35,945 bases of DNA, taken from positions 1 through 35,945 of the forward strand of contig JASJQH010006937.1 of NCBI GenBank assembly GCA_040143965.1, in the 5' to 3' direction. The notes under the pieces are model-generated. The model did not search any database. It was given only the letters and a program-made list of their open reading frames with translations, and was not told the origin of the DNA. Of the stretch, positions 1 through 11,462 are shown piece by piece (positions within the stretch are counted from its first letter, which is position 1; every line of letters starts with the position of its first letter). This stretch comes from Basidiobolus ranarum (Eukaryota). Both the position numbers and the translations under genes were made by a program.

Positions 1-322
1 GAGAGTGACAGAATCTTTTCTCTTCGTCGGGCAGTTTTTTGAATACCATTTCACTTACAACATACTCTACACCAATTAATTTGGCATTTGGCTTATCCGA
101 ATCGTAGATGATACATTGGTGCATATCTTCAGATAATTGCGTGCAGTAATGGTGGGCTATAACTTGGCGGTTCATATCATCAGCATAAAAATGAATGCCA
201 CACAAATGCTGACAAATGTGCTTTACTGGCTCAAAGGACTGGCTCATGGACGCTCCAGCTTGTAATGTTTTAGACTTCAAGCTTGGCTCTTCACCGGCGA
301 CACGTGGATCTTGTTCTAACAT
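1..322 (-). CDS. Oil body-associated protein (OBAP / DUF1264) family, 5' part; runs off the window edge
   Basis: Manual translation from ATG at 322 gives MLEQDPRVAGEEPSLKSKTLQAGASMSQSFEPVKHICQHLCGIHFYADDMNRQVIAHHYCTQLSEDMHQCIIYDSDKPNAKLIGVEYVVSEMVFKKLPDEEKRFCHS. The AHHYC, QCxIYD and LIGVEY motifs match DUF1264. It is absent from the ORF track because it has no stop inside the window. Confidence 0.9.
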   Translation of the reverse strand, partial: MLEQDPRVAGEEPSLKSKTLQAGASMSQSFEPVKHICQHLCGIHFYADDMNRQVIAHHYCTQLSEDMHQCIIYDSDKPNAKLIGVEYVVSEMVFKKLPDEEKRFCHS

Positions 323-1052
323 GGGTAGTGTAAGGAATTGCTTTTGAATAGATAGCTAAAAATCACGCTGTAACCGACAAACACATCTCTTTTAAAGCTT
401 ACTAGCATTCACATTCAGAATGTCGTGTGAGTCAATACTACCCTTTCCAAACCACAGTTATCCTTTGTCGTCACCCAATTACGTATCGGTACATTCATAC
501 TTTCCCTCATAGCTAGTGACTCAGTAGCCAGCATGAAGCGAAGTCATCTTTGGGAACGTAAATGTAACAACCATCATCATGAATTCAATGACATCAGTCC
601 AAGTGGCTCAGCTCTGGACAGATTTACAAGGTGATTTGGCGTCAGACAGCTTAACAATTTTGTTAAAGTTGGAGAATTTGAAACCTCTAGAAAGTCGGCA
701 TTTACTCGGTACGCCCTGATCCTTAGCTTTCCATTGTGGCTTTCATGAAATTCACTAGCTGATCTTTGTGGTAGAGTTAATATGGTCCAGCCCAGACTTT
801 TACTGATATTGAGGCTTTGATCTACGAGGTGATCCATATATCTTGTAGAGAGTTCGACCTATCAAGTCTTACCTGGATATACATAATAAACGCTCTCGTT
901 TATCCCATACCGATGGTGACTGTTGTCAGGAAATATGTAAGTTGCTTATCAGAACAGAGTATCTTCAAGTTTTATTAATCTTTTATCAGTCTGTTACAGT
1001 TTAGTCAATAGTTCACTTCGTCAAGGGCATCCTATCCGAAGTGAAGGGGTAT

Positions 1053-1726
1053 TCAAAGTAGGCTTTTAAGAGAATCCAACGTTTCCTTGCACTTATCATT
1101 TATTTCTTGATCATTTAATGGATCTTTGCCTTGCAACGTTTCTAAAACATAGGGAAGTTGGTCACAGCCCCAAAACACTTGATTATCAACGACCATGGTG
1201 GGGACTCCGAATACCCCTAATTCCTTTGCCTCTCGAATATTGTTTTCCAGCTCTTGTTTAGCTTCTTCTTCACCTTCCTCCGTCAGAGAAATTCCCTTTT
1301 CCTCCAAAAAGGCTTTCAGATGGGTTTTATTCGTTACCTCAATAAATTTTGATTTAGGATTCCAGATGGAGTCAAATAAGGCTTCCACGAGTTCACCTTG
1401 CCTTTTGCCTACTACAGAGGGTACTGAAGCTCTCAATGCGTAAACTGAGTTGAACGGATGAGTTACGGGGTATTTAAAGGGGATTTTGTTCACAGAAGAA
1501 TTCCTATAAGCATCTTTGATAATCCACTTTCTTTTGGCTTCATTGGCAATAGGTGCAGTTTGCTTCCAATGTTGAAGCAGGTTGAATAAAAATACTGGCT
1601 TAAGCACAAGCTTATGTTGGTACCGTTTAGTAGTACTCGAAGCTGTTTGAGAGCTAGATAGGAATACGGAGAAACATAATCAAAATAAAAGTAAACCACT
1701 TTCTCGGTAGAGTTGTTCAAGTTCAT
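1053..1726 (-). pseudogene. 2-hydroxychromene-2-carboxylate isomerase / GST-kappa (DsbA-like family), split by a 1-nt frameshift; pseudogene or sequencing error
   Basis: The N-terminal FYFDYVSPYSYLA motif lies in ORF 1490..1726. The remainder (KPVFL, HPFNSVYALRA, GVFGVPTMVVDNQVFWGCDQL) lies in ORF 1053..1607 in a different frame. Adding one A at minus-strand AAC ATA AG CTT (about 1611-1614) joins them as ...NGTNIKLVLKPVFL. Confidence 0.8.
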
Positions 1727-2323
1727 GGAAGGTTCCTTAAAAGTTAAAGCCCAGTGTACTAGTACCGTATCAAGAGTATGGTGTCATTCAATCTTACCTG
1801 TATGCAGATGATGACGATAGGACGTAATGAGGGCAGCTCTTTTGGGTACGATCGATTGGTTAGTACGGCAGTTCGCAGCTATTTCACCAATCGCCATGAT
1901 GAGTTAGTTGTAGTTTCACTTTCATCCAATACGTATTTGAAATGCCTTCATTTGCTTGCTAGGGTTTGAACCAATGTGAGTGACTAGCCTAATGGGGTGG
2001 CTTAGCATATCAATACCTGGGGTTTTGTTTGGATTGTTTCTTTTGAGTCTGGTATTTGATTACGGACTTGAGTGCGAAATGCCACCATTTCTCTAATGAA
2101 TCAAATACCAGCCATGATTGTGATCAACTTCATTGAACGCAAACGTCACCATTTTTGTTGTTACCTATATTTTTGGTCATCAAAGAAGTGACGTTGTAAT
2201 GTTACACAAGCCATCTTATTACATCTTGTGGTAGCTAATACGTCTGTCAAGTTGTCATTTAATTTGTTTCGATTATTTACTAACGTAATCACGACAGCAG
2301 CGGGAATTGTCTCTACTGTTCAC

Positions 2324-2331
2324 TATAAATA
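2324..2331 (+). promoter_or_regulatory. TATA box of the C2-domain gene
   Basis: TATAAATA about 90 nt upstream of ATG 2417, followed by a C/A-rich leader. Confidence 0.5.
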
Positions 2332-2416
2332 ACCACCATAGTATCCATTAACTACATCAAAAACCAGACTTACTCAATACCGCTCTTCTCTACACCACCA
2401 CTACTCTACTTACAAC

Positions 2417-2779
2417 ATGCCTCGTGGAACTCTTAACGTCTTCGCCATCGAAGGAAAAAACCTCAAGAATATTGAGTTCTTTGGAAAGATTGATCCTTAC
2501 TTGGTTGTTCGTGTCGATTCAGCAAATAAACAGCAAACTGAAGCTAAGAAAGATACGGTAAACCCTGCTTGGCAACAACGCTTCCAATTCGATATCTTCG
2601 AAGGTAACAACGAGCTCTTTGTGGAATGCTACGATAGCAACAAAATCATTGGACAAACTGTCGTTGACCTCGGCCAAATCTTCCAGTCAGGTGAAGTTGA
2701 GCAAGAATACCCAATCCAAACCAAAAAAGGTGAGGATGCTGGAACCGTCCGTCTTGGATTGAAGTTCACTCCCCAGTAA
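2417..2779 (+). CDS. Small stand-alone C2-domain protein (120 aa, intronless)
   Basis: C2 strands GTLNVFAIEGKNL, DPYLVV, NPAWQQRFQF, LFVECYD, IIGQTVVDL and AGTVRLGLKF. Confidence 0.9.
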   Translation: MPRGTLNVFAIEGKNLKNIEFFGKIDPYLVVRVDSANKQQTEAKKDTVNPAWQQRFQFDIFEGNNELFVECYDSNKIIGQTVVDLGQIFQSGEVEQEYPIQTKKGEDAGTVRLGLKFTPQ

Positions 2780-3383
2780 GATACCAATATGTTAACCTCT
2801 CCCCTACCCTCTCTTTGTAATAACAATGCCATATACATTGGTCTGATGTAAAATGGATCGAGATGTCAATGAAAATAAACCGAATTCTGACAGCTAAGTC
2901 CCTTTAAACAACATTTAAATCCAAAGTAGACAATTGGATTACTCATGAAGTCATGAAACTGAAATTTTAAAGAATCTCCTTTCTATTGCACTCATGAATC
3001 GTATCCATTGCATGTGGAATATCCGAAAATACTCTAGCATATCAAAAGTTTCCATTGCAGGGTTAAATAACTTTATCTAGTAAGTTTACTCTCACATTTA
3101 CATTCAACTGTAACATATGATAGTAGTTCGTAGTGATCTCGCAAGATAGTAATGAGAGTAATCGATTCATTTGCAATGACAAGTGGATCTCTAAAGAGTA
3201 AATAATCCACCAAGGTTATATAGAGAGAGGGGATAAAGGTATAGGAGAGTAGCCGGTGAAGAGTTGGTTTTCAACCTATAGAATGGGGAGATCCCGCATG
3301 GGATTGCTAATACATAATACAACACATTTTTTACATATACTCAAAGGTAGGAAAACTTCCCAATAACACGGTAATACATGTAA

Positions 3384-4263
3384 CTAGAAATTCTTCTTCT
3401 TTTCATCAACAGAAATTCCACCTGGGCCTAAACTGATCAAAAGCATGAAACCGCCCATTATACTAAGTGTTTGGAAGAAATCATACTTCACAAAATCTCT
3501 ACTTGGGAGTGCGTGATGGATGGACCACCAGTTGTTGATGGCTACATTGAAAATAGATAGGAAGAGGACCAAGAACATAGCAGACCATTTGGCTTTAAAT
3601 CCGATAACTACCATAACGCATGCGATGAATCCGATGGCAGAGAATATTAAACGAGTCATATTCATTTCTCCAGCGAATACCAACGAAAGGAACAAGAAAA
3701 TCAACAAAACTCTACCTGCCAACTGGAAATAGGTTGATTTGTCCATGGTAGATATCGAGGGGAGTCCTGGAAATACATTCTTCTTCTTGGCTAACGCATC
3801 AGCTAGCAGCATTAAGAGACCACCAACTACTGATAAGTTGTGCAAGAAAAATCTCAAATCGAATATCAAACCATATCCAATCGTCTGTGAAATAACTACA
3901 GCGAACAGTCCTAGGATTGCATGCTCCGTGAATCTTTTAGCAATAGCTAGGATTGAGCCAGTCATCATTACCTAGAGAGTGATGGGGCAATTAGTTAAGT
4001 TGAGAGAGATGAATGGCGAATATGGGGAATCATACCAATACGTTCAAACCCAAGAAGAGCTGACTAAATCCTGAATAGAACCCTTGATATTTCTCTAAAT
4101 AGTAGACTTGATCGGACCACTGAGTGACAATACGAAGCGAATCCTCAAAGAAAGTAACCACAAGTAAGAACCGGGCGATGGCTGGAATGTATGGTTTAAC
4201 TGGAAAAGTGACCTTGGCAAGGGTATCTTCCATACGTGAGGAAAAGGATCTAACAAACTCCAT
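3384..4263 (-). CDS. ERV29: ER cargo receptor SURF4/Erv29 (2 exons, 271 aa)
   Basis: Exons 4263-4036 and 3971-3384, with intron GTATGA...TAG. Motifs: ARFLLVVTFFEDSLRIVTQW, DFVKYDFFQTLSIMGG, GPGGISVDEKKKNF (C-terminal dilysine signal). Confidence 0.95.
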
Positions 4264-5369
4264 TCTGATCTAGAGTAAAATACCGAAGGATATGACTAAA
4301 ATATGAGTTTTTAGGTTTGGCGGCGACCTCTCCTTTTATAATGATGTGCATACAGTCACAAGGTGGGCTGAACGTGTGTATGCTTAGGAGAAACATCTGA
4401 ACGTTTGGCAGGGTTAAGGTGATGAGTTATTAACCTAACAAAGTTTGTGGGGAATGTTATTCTGGTGATATAATAGATAGACTTGAAGACAGCGATGCTG
4501 CTCAATCTTCAAATGGTTTCATACTTGGTAACAATATCCGCCGTGTATGCTTTAGCTAACCATATGCATGATCTAACTTCACCAACATAATAACTGAGCA
4601 ATTAATGAAAATCCGAGACATAAGAACCACGTGTTATGTATTGCGCTGTTTGAAATATCGTGCACTTAAACAAAATCGAGATGCAATCAATAATCATAGC
4701 CAACACTGTTGCTGGCCGATTATGCTGTAACACCAAGATTAGATTCATCATGTAAATTCTGCCGAATTGTATGTAAGAATCCCAACAGTATGCTCATTCT
4801 TTCTGGTGACATCTTAATATGATCCCGCCAACCAGTAACCTGACGCCGATCTCTGTACTTGTGGATGGAGACAGCAACTATGAGCCATTTTAAATTAGCC
4901 TATCTGTAAGACATGCGGACTAGCGATACACTGAAGATCAACCTTCTTGCTAAACCAATTTCATAAAGCTACATGTAATGTGACCACTACGAACTCCTTC
5001 ACATTCCATTGAATTCGATGCCATTCATTCCGTTGACAACCAACTCATGATATTTGACAATCAATTTATAAATTATTTCTATAAGTAATGGGGTCTGTAT
5101 TACAACTCGAATATCATGTAATAGTACAGGAAATAAGGTAAAGCGCACAAAAGTAACATGAAAGAATAGATGAGATGATATCTTTGGAAGGAAAAAAATA
5201 GAAAAGCTTCATAAGTAACCATGTATAGGAGGTGCTCATCGAAGACTTCAATGCGGAAAGATGTGTTGTACAATCAGGACGTAGTGGTGGTTTTAAAGAA
5301 TTAAAGTACTAGAGATGCGCCGTTGATACCTATTTACGCGGTAAATACACATAATGGAAAATGTACATT

Positions 5370-7303
5370 TTAAAATCCACCAAATTGACTGAAGCCCCCA
5401 TTAAATTGCTGTCTACCGCCACCAAAGCCATGACTGTGGCCGCCAAAGCCATGGCCTCCACCGAAGCCACCTTGACCACTGGTAAACATCTGGAAGAACA
5501 CATCATTAAGATCATCACCACCGAAACCTCCACCCATTCCCATGCCACCTTCAAGATCAGCTCCAGAATCAAATCGTTGACGTTTGGCAGGGTCAGAAAG
5601 GATAGCATACGCCTCACCAATCTCTTTGAACTTGATTTCAGCCTGTTCATCTCCAGCATTTTTGTCTGGATGATATTGTAGAGCAAGTTTCCGGTAAGCC
5701 TTCTTGATTTCACTATCACCCGCATCTTTGCTTACACCAAGAACCTTGTAGTAATCTACGCGTTTGGACTTTTTCAACTCCAACTCGGCATTGTGAAGCT
5801 CTTGGCGGATTTCACGATTGCCTTGATCCTGATCTAAAGCACTACGAAGGTCCTTTACTGCTTCGTCGAACATTTCAAGCTTGAGGTAATTGTCAGCTCT
5901 ACGCCTATAAGCCTTGACAAAACTAGGATCTAGTTCGAGGGCGCTGCTGCAATCTTCAACAGCTTGATCAAATTTACTCATCTAATCGATCAAATAAAGT
6001 TTATAAATATAAATCCGCAATCATGTAACACGGCTGTGACGTACCTTGGCGGAGGCAGTTGCCCTATTGCTATAGATCTTGGAATTGCTAAGGTAATTCT
6101 CTCCATCGACCTCAAGAGCGGCAGTATATAAATCGTAAGCTTCTTGATAATTTCCAGCTCGGAATGCATCATTACCAGCATTCTTCTTGGCATCAATAGC
6201 TTTAATGGTCTATTGAAGGTTGAGTTAGTCGAGAGTAGATTATTGGCTTAGCAGATGAATAATTACCTTCAACAGTGTTCTTGCTTTGTGATAGTCAGGA
6301 TCACATCTCAAAGCTTCAGTGCAGTGAGCAAGAGCCTTGGCATTATCACCTTGTCTGTACAAGATGGTAGCTCTCAAATATAGTGCATCTGGGTTGGTAG
6401 GATCAGCACGCATAACCTCACTATTTAAATTAGATTAAATTTAAGTTTTCTATTTATGATAGAAAGATCATGAACTACGAACCTTGCGATTCTTACAGCA
6501 TCATCGAAGTTTTTCATGCCACACAAAATTTCGCCACGAAGCAACTTCCATTTGACGGGTGCAGTGATTCCATCAGAGCTAGTTTCCACCGTAGAAATTA
6601 GTCTCGAGATACAGGCAAGAGCATGGGAAAAGTCTTTAGCAGCAAGGTATGATTCTGTTTGATCTAACAGGACTTGATAATTCTGAAGATTATTCAATTC
6701 TTTGCGGGCTTGGACATTTAATGGTTCAACTTTTAGTATGAGATTAAACTGACGGCTTGACTCCGTAAGACTTCCTAAAGCTAAATGGCATCTAGCTAAA
6801 CGGAAATATCCCTTTTATGGATGTATTAGAATACGTCCTTTTGTAATAGAGTGAATCAAAGTATTTACCTTCATAAAGGTGTCATCTATCGCTATAGCCT
6901 TACGACAATCTTCCACGGCATCTTTGTAGCGTCTAAGCATCATTGAAGCAGCGGCTCTGTTACCATAATAGGCAGCTGCAGGAGTAATTTCTAAAGAAGA
7001 AAATCAAGTTAATTTACTGACAAATATATCTCATAAAACAGCCAAGTCAGAGCGCACGTGTACATTGGCAACATCAATAAAAAGATAAACATAATTAACC
7101 AACCGATAGCTTGAGTATATAGCTTGATAGCCTCCTCATAGTGACCAAGCTTGTACTCTTGGTTAGCTTGGTTCTTGATTTCTTCAGCAGAACTAAAGTT
7201 AAAATAAACAAGATTAAGAGTTTGTTAATATAGTTTCTAAGAGACGGACGAAGAAACGCAACTATGGCACGTAACCTCTAACTTACTTAATTTCGTTTGT
7301 CAT
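5370..7303 (-). CDS. DNAJC7: TPR-repeat + J-domain co-chaperone, DNAJC7/Tpr2-like (7 exons, 495 aa)
   Basis: Exons 7303-7287, 7192-7104, 6990-6869, 6811-6483, 6420-6267, 6209-6045 and 5981-5370 splice in frame (1488 nt). TPR motifs YYGNRAAA and IYSNRATA, a J domain with HPD, and a G/F-rich tail. Confidence 0.92.
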
Positions 7304-7699
7304 TGTATTGAGTCAAGAAGTAATGCAAAAGATGGCTAAAAAAGGACAAACAGCGTGGAACAAAGAGTAACTACTGCAGTTGAAGAAAGGTAAAAGTTGG
7401 GCCAACTTCGAAAGCAAGATGCTAAATGAATTATATATGTCTAAAAAGGGAGATTTTTACACCAAAAAAAAGCGAAAAAGCTCCCCAGATACGCAAACGC
7501 TGTGGGCAAATAAATAATCTAGTACTATAATGGAGATCACTTAATGCAATAACCACCTTGCACATGGTAACCCAATTGCAAATTATAAGATCTCAAAATT
7601 CACAATTTCCAACGAATGGAGCCTAGTGATTTGTTTGTTTTCACTTCCATGAGAAAAAAAATCCCATTATAAACCAATGAATCCAGGTATTGCCTACTA

Positions 7700-8965
7700 T
7701 TTCGAATTCTTCCGGTAGTCATCCTGACCCGCAATCCCTCCCCAAAAGCATCTGTAATCACTCCAAAGTTCCATTTGTTTCCATCGGATTCCATGAGGCA
7801 GCTAAGAATGCAATGTAGTAAGAATCCAAATCTTGGATGCGCATCTTTATCATGGCTGGTATCGGTATATTACCCAGATATTTGAATAACAATAGGATGT
7901 TTAGCTCACTAGAAACATGGCTTTGATGCTCATTGCCGGTCCTTGCGAATCACCTCAGTAACCTAGATAGTACACTCGAGTGTGATTGGTTCGATTTGAA
8001 AGCTACGGAGGAAGGGTAAGATTTTTGGAATCAAAGACATTTCTAAAATACCAAAGCTCTGCAGATACCATTGGATATACAATCACCAAGTGCGATCTCT
8101 AGTGGAAGAAGTTTCAATCATCAGAAATCAACTGCGCTAAGCCAGCAAGTGTGTTCAGGTCCATGTCGAATCTGTGATTCTGCCAGGCAGGAAAAATGCA
8201 TCTCGGCCCTAGCCCAGGCCTATGGATCTTTCGTTGTAAGCATTGGCCATATTGCCCAACGGGATCGATCCTTGGTAAAGGATCGCTAATACGACCTGGT
8301 CCTCAGAGCATGGGCATAGCTGACGTTTTCCGTTCTTGGCCCCGAGACTCACTTACTTACTGAGGATGGATTTTATGGTTAAAATGGCCAAGAAGACTGG
8401 CCGTTCAAATGTAAAATAAGAGGATGCTCTCATGGTCTGGAAGCACGTAGGCAAGTGCACAGCTTCACAGCAATCTATCTCATGTGCCTTGTCACTATAC
8501 TACTATCATGAGCATTATTGCATCAAACAAGATTGAGCCTTGGATTACGTATGTGTAGAAATGCCGGTCAGGCTAATCCTTCTACCCTGATGTATTCAAT
8601 TTCAAGCTGTGTTTCTAAGAATATTGGACAAAATAGGTGCTCATGCCCTGGATCATCCTATTCCTCTAGTGTAAGCCCCTTATCAAACCAACACTATCCA
8701 AAAGAGGAGACTGAGCTCTAGCAGTCCAACAAAGATAATATTTCACCTAATCGTATGAAGTGTGATAGATTGTAACCAATCATGAGCCCACAGATGTCCA
8801 TATCGATGCTCTGTTTCGCGAAATTAGGACCATGCTGTATCACATCCTTTTCATTTGTGGCTTGGCACTTGATTCATCCCTGAATAATGTCTTGTATAAT
8901 AAGCCGGACTTTTGCTATATGTAAGCTTGGGTCAGGTTCAAGTGTTGATATTGTTATTAAATAGT
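7700..8965 (+). pseudogene. Possible decayed gene of unknown family
   Basis: Two intron-like segments (7865-7912 GTATAT..TAG and 8016-8064 GTAAGA..CAG) splice to keep one frame (..WMRIFIMAGIETWL*CSLPVLANHLSNLDSTLECDWFDLKATEEGYHWIYNHQVRSLVEEVSIIRNQLR*..) interrupted by stops. I recognise no family, and the boundaries are approximate. Confidence 0.3.
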
Positions 8966-9109
8966 AATGCCACGCGAGCTAATGAGATCGAGAGAAAACT
9001 GAAGAACATTCCTTGATACATTCAATTTATAAAATCGTAGAGTAAAACAAGTTGTGGACTGAACGCTCACTAGACAAGGGATCATTCGTATTCGTGGTCA
9101 GTGGCAGCG

Positions 9110-9788
9110 TTAATAATCGTAATGCTCCCTAGAGAAATTAGGATCCTGTACAAATGGTGCGAGGATTTTACTACCAGTCTGTATTAAAGGGTGTCCAGCG
9201 ACACTAGTTGTAAGCTCTAGTTAGATAGTAAAGTGGATAAATAGTTTGGGATGTTGAGCTCTTACATTTGCAAAAATCTCTCTAAACCCTCACGACGCTG
9301 TTCGATTATTTCATCAGAGAACCGTTTGGTAAATACTTTACCAGGAAGGTGCGGAATGTTCACACGAGGACACTCACGTTCCAGAGTGTCGCGAAACCAT
9401 TCAAAATCTCTGTATCTTCTACGAACGGAAGAGGAGTCTAGTTTGAAGGCAGGGAGATTTGTCTAGTACAGAAAAAATGAAGACCGGTCAAACACTTAGA
9501 GTTAGGTTTTACCATGGAGATTCTTGCAGCTGAAGATTTCACATTACTATGGTAATACTTACTCTACAAACTATTTCGTAGTCAGTGTACATCTTTCTTC
9601 CAAATCCTTATTTTGATGAATTTAGTTCTTTTTCATGTAAAGATGAATTTGATTTCGAACTTACCATGCGTTTGTGGATTTTTTACTTCAATCTCTAAGA
9701 AATTTTCAGGAACACCATAAATGTCATCCAACGTCTGTTCTTTGATATTTGGTCTAGCACCTTCCCCAAAAGCGCGATGAAGGGCCAT
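9110..9788 (-). CDS. SNX3: Sorting nexin-3, PX-domain protein (4 exons, 152 aa)
   Basis: Exons 9788-9665, 9606-9563, 9462-9266 and 9203-9110. Motifs: [64 protein letters not shown]. The ORF track misses it. Confidence 0.95.
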
Positions 9789-10839
9789 TTCGTCGTTCGT
9801 ATCTATCGAAAGGGGTACGTAAAATTGGTGAATTCAAAGTGAAGGTAAAAGTATTCCTAGTATACTGACAAGTATAGTTTCCCAAGAAAGCTCAGTTAAT
9901 AATTGAAGTCTCTTGGACAAGAACTAACTGATCGGATTGGCTTTAAAATAGTAACAATTACCATCCAATTCCCTATTTCCGATATAATCCTGGTGACTGT
10001 TCATCACAACACATCAATAACTATCCATATTCTGGTTCCAATTTCAGAACCCTTGAAACGACTTAAAGTTGTTTCATGCAGGTAACCAGTGTTTTTCATT
10101 ACCATTACAATGATTTTTATCCTGCTTGAAGATGGGCAACGATAAATAGAGTCTCGAGAATAAGCAAATTTCACTGTACATGTTTCAAATGAACTACACC
10201 TATTCTACTACGTGAACTGTTCACCCTACATTCACTGGCATCGCCACCAACATTGACAGGCTGTGTTTCCTATCAATGGGTCTTTACTTCAGGACAAAGA
10301 TTCCCTTATTCATTGTTGTTGTTACTAGAAAAGTGCCAGTAAAACATCATTTTTTTCCTTGCTACAGGTTTTAGCTTAAGTGGTAGTTGCAACCAACCAT
10401 TATTCTCTACTATTTGATTCTGCCAACACTCTCTACAACACACCTCAAGTAGCAAAAGGATGATAAAGCTGACACAAGAGTGTACATATTAATTCGCAAC
10501 CATAAAGGGACAATAAAGCGTTAGCGATCTGTTCTGACTCTATGTGTACCAGCATGCTATATACCAGAATTGGATTCGTCTCATGTACAGGATTGTGAGA
10601 AAAATTGAACCGGAATCGACGTATGAAATCAATATTTGACTCACATTAAGTTACTACATACCTATTTTTGGTGCATCTCTTTCCGACTATGATCTCATAT
10701 CCAAGGGTATATATACGGAATGCATATACTCAATACTCTTCAACAGATTCTTCCGAATGACTATTCGTGACTCGATTTATCTTGCATAAATATGTAATAA
10801 AATCACTTCTTTAACCTAGAATCTATTTCTTTCTGTTAA

Positions 10840-11462
10840 ATGCTCTCTGACAGTGTCGAGTCTATTCCCGAACTTTCAAGCAAAGTGACCACCCGGGTAG
10901 CTACCTCTGCTGATGTTGACAATTCGGGCATAATTCATGCCATGATAAATGAGGCTTATCGAACAGGTATTTGCCATTATCTGTCTCTATGAAGCGCAAA
11001 TCTAGACTAAACAATGTTTTTCAAGATAAATCTTGGGCAACTGAATCACATATTGTAAGTGGGGAACGCATTACTGAAGAAGCCTTAAAGGAGATCATTT
11101 TGAACGACAAGGAGCCATTTATTTTAGCAGAATTAGGTAACTCGGAGGAAAGAAAAATTGTTGGCTGTATTCGAATTGAAAACTTACCTGAACCGAAAGA
11201 AAAGCTACTGGGACTGTTTTCGGTAGACCCTGAGCACCAATCGAAGCGTATCGGCAGTACTTTGATCGCTGCTGCACTTGATATCATGAGAAGCCAACGC
11301 GAGGAACGTGCTGTGATTTGGGTAATCTATTCACGCGCTGATATTATTACATGGTATCAACGTCTTGGCTTCTATGAGACTGAAAAAACTGAAGCCTTCC
11401 CATGGCCACATCTCCTCATACAAAAAGACGTCTACTTCAGAGTATTTAAAAAGGATTTATAA
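10840..11462 (+). CDS. GNAT-family N-acetyltransferase (2 exons, 187 aa)
   Basis: Exons 10840-10966 and 11026-11462. Motifs: INEAYRTDKSWATE, acetyl-CoA motif A (FSVDPEHQSKRIGSTL) and WYQRLGF. Confidence 0.9.

Noticed and set aside
577..940. 86-aa minus-strand ORF with a possible upstream intron (872-822) that keeps the frame
   Set aside because: There is no upstream start, stops lie just 5' of the joined frame, and I recognise no motif. It may be decayed coding sequence but I cannot support it.
1791..1800. CTTACCTG resembling the 5' end of U1 snRNA (also at about 868)
   Set aside because: No U1 stem-loops or Sm site follow. These are reverse-strand splice donors.
4740..4830. DSSCKFCRIV peptide resembling a HIT-family N-terminus
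   Set aside because: A stop follows within about 20 codons and I found no HxHxH motif, so it is probably chance.
5330..5725. Overlapping alternative-frame and antisense ORFs over the DNAJC7 tail, and similar ones over HOM6, GAL1, PHO85, IML1 and H4
   Set aside because: These are shadow ORFs arising from codon bias and Gly-rich repeats of the real genes.
10250..10278. Imperfect 10-bp inverted repeat CATTGACAGG / CCTATCAATG
   Set aside because: Short with a mismatch, as expected by chance.
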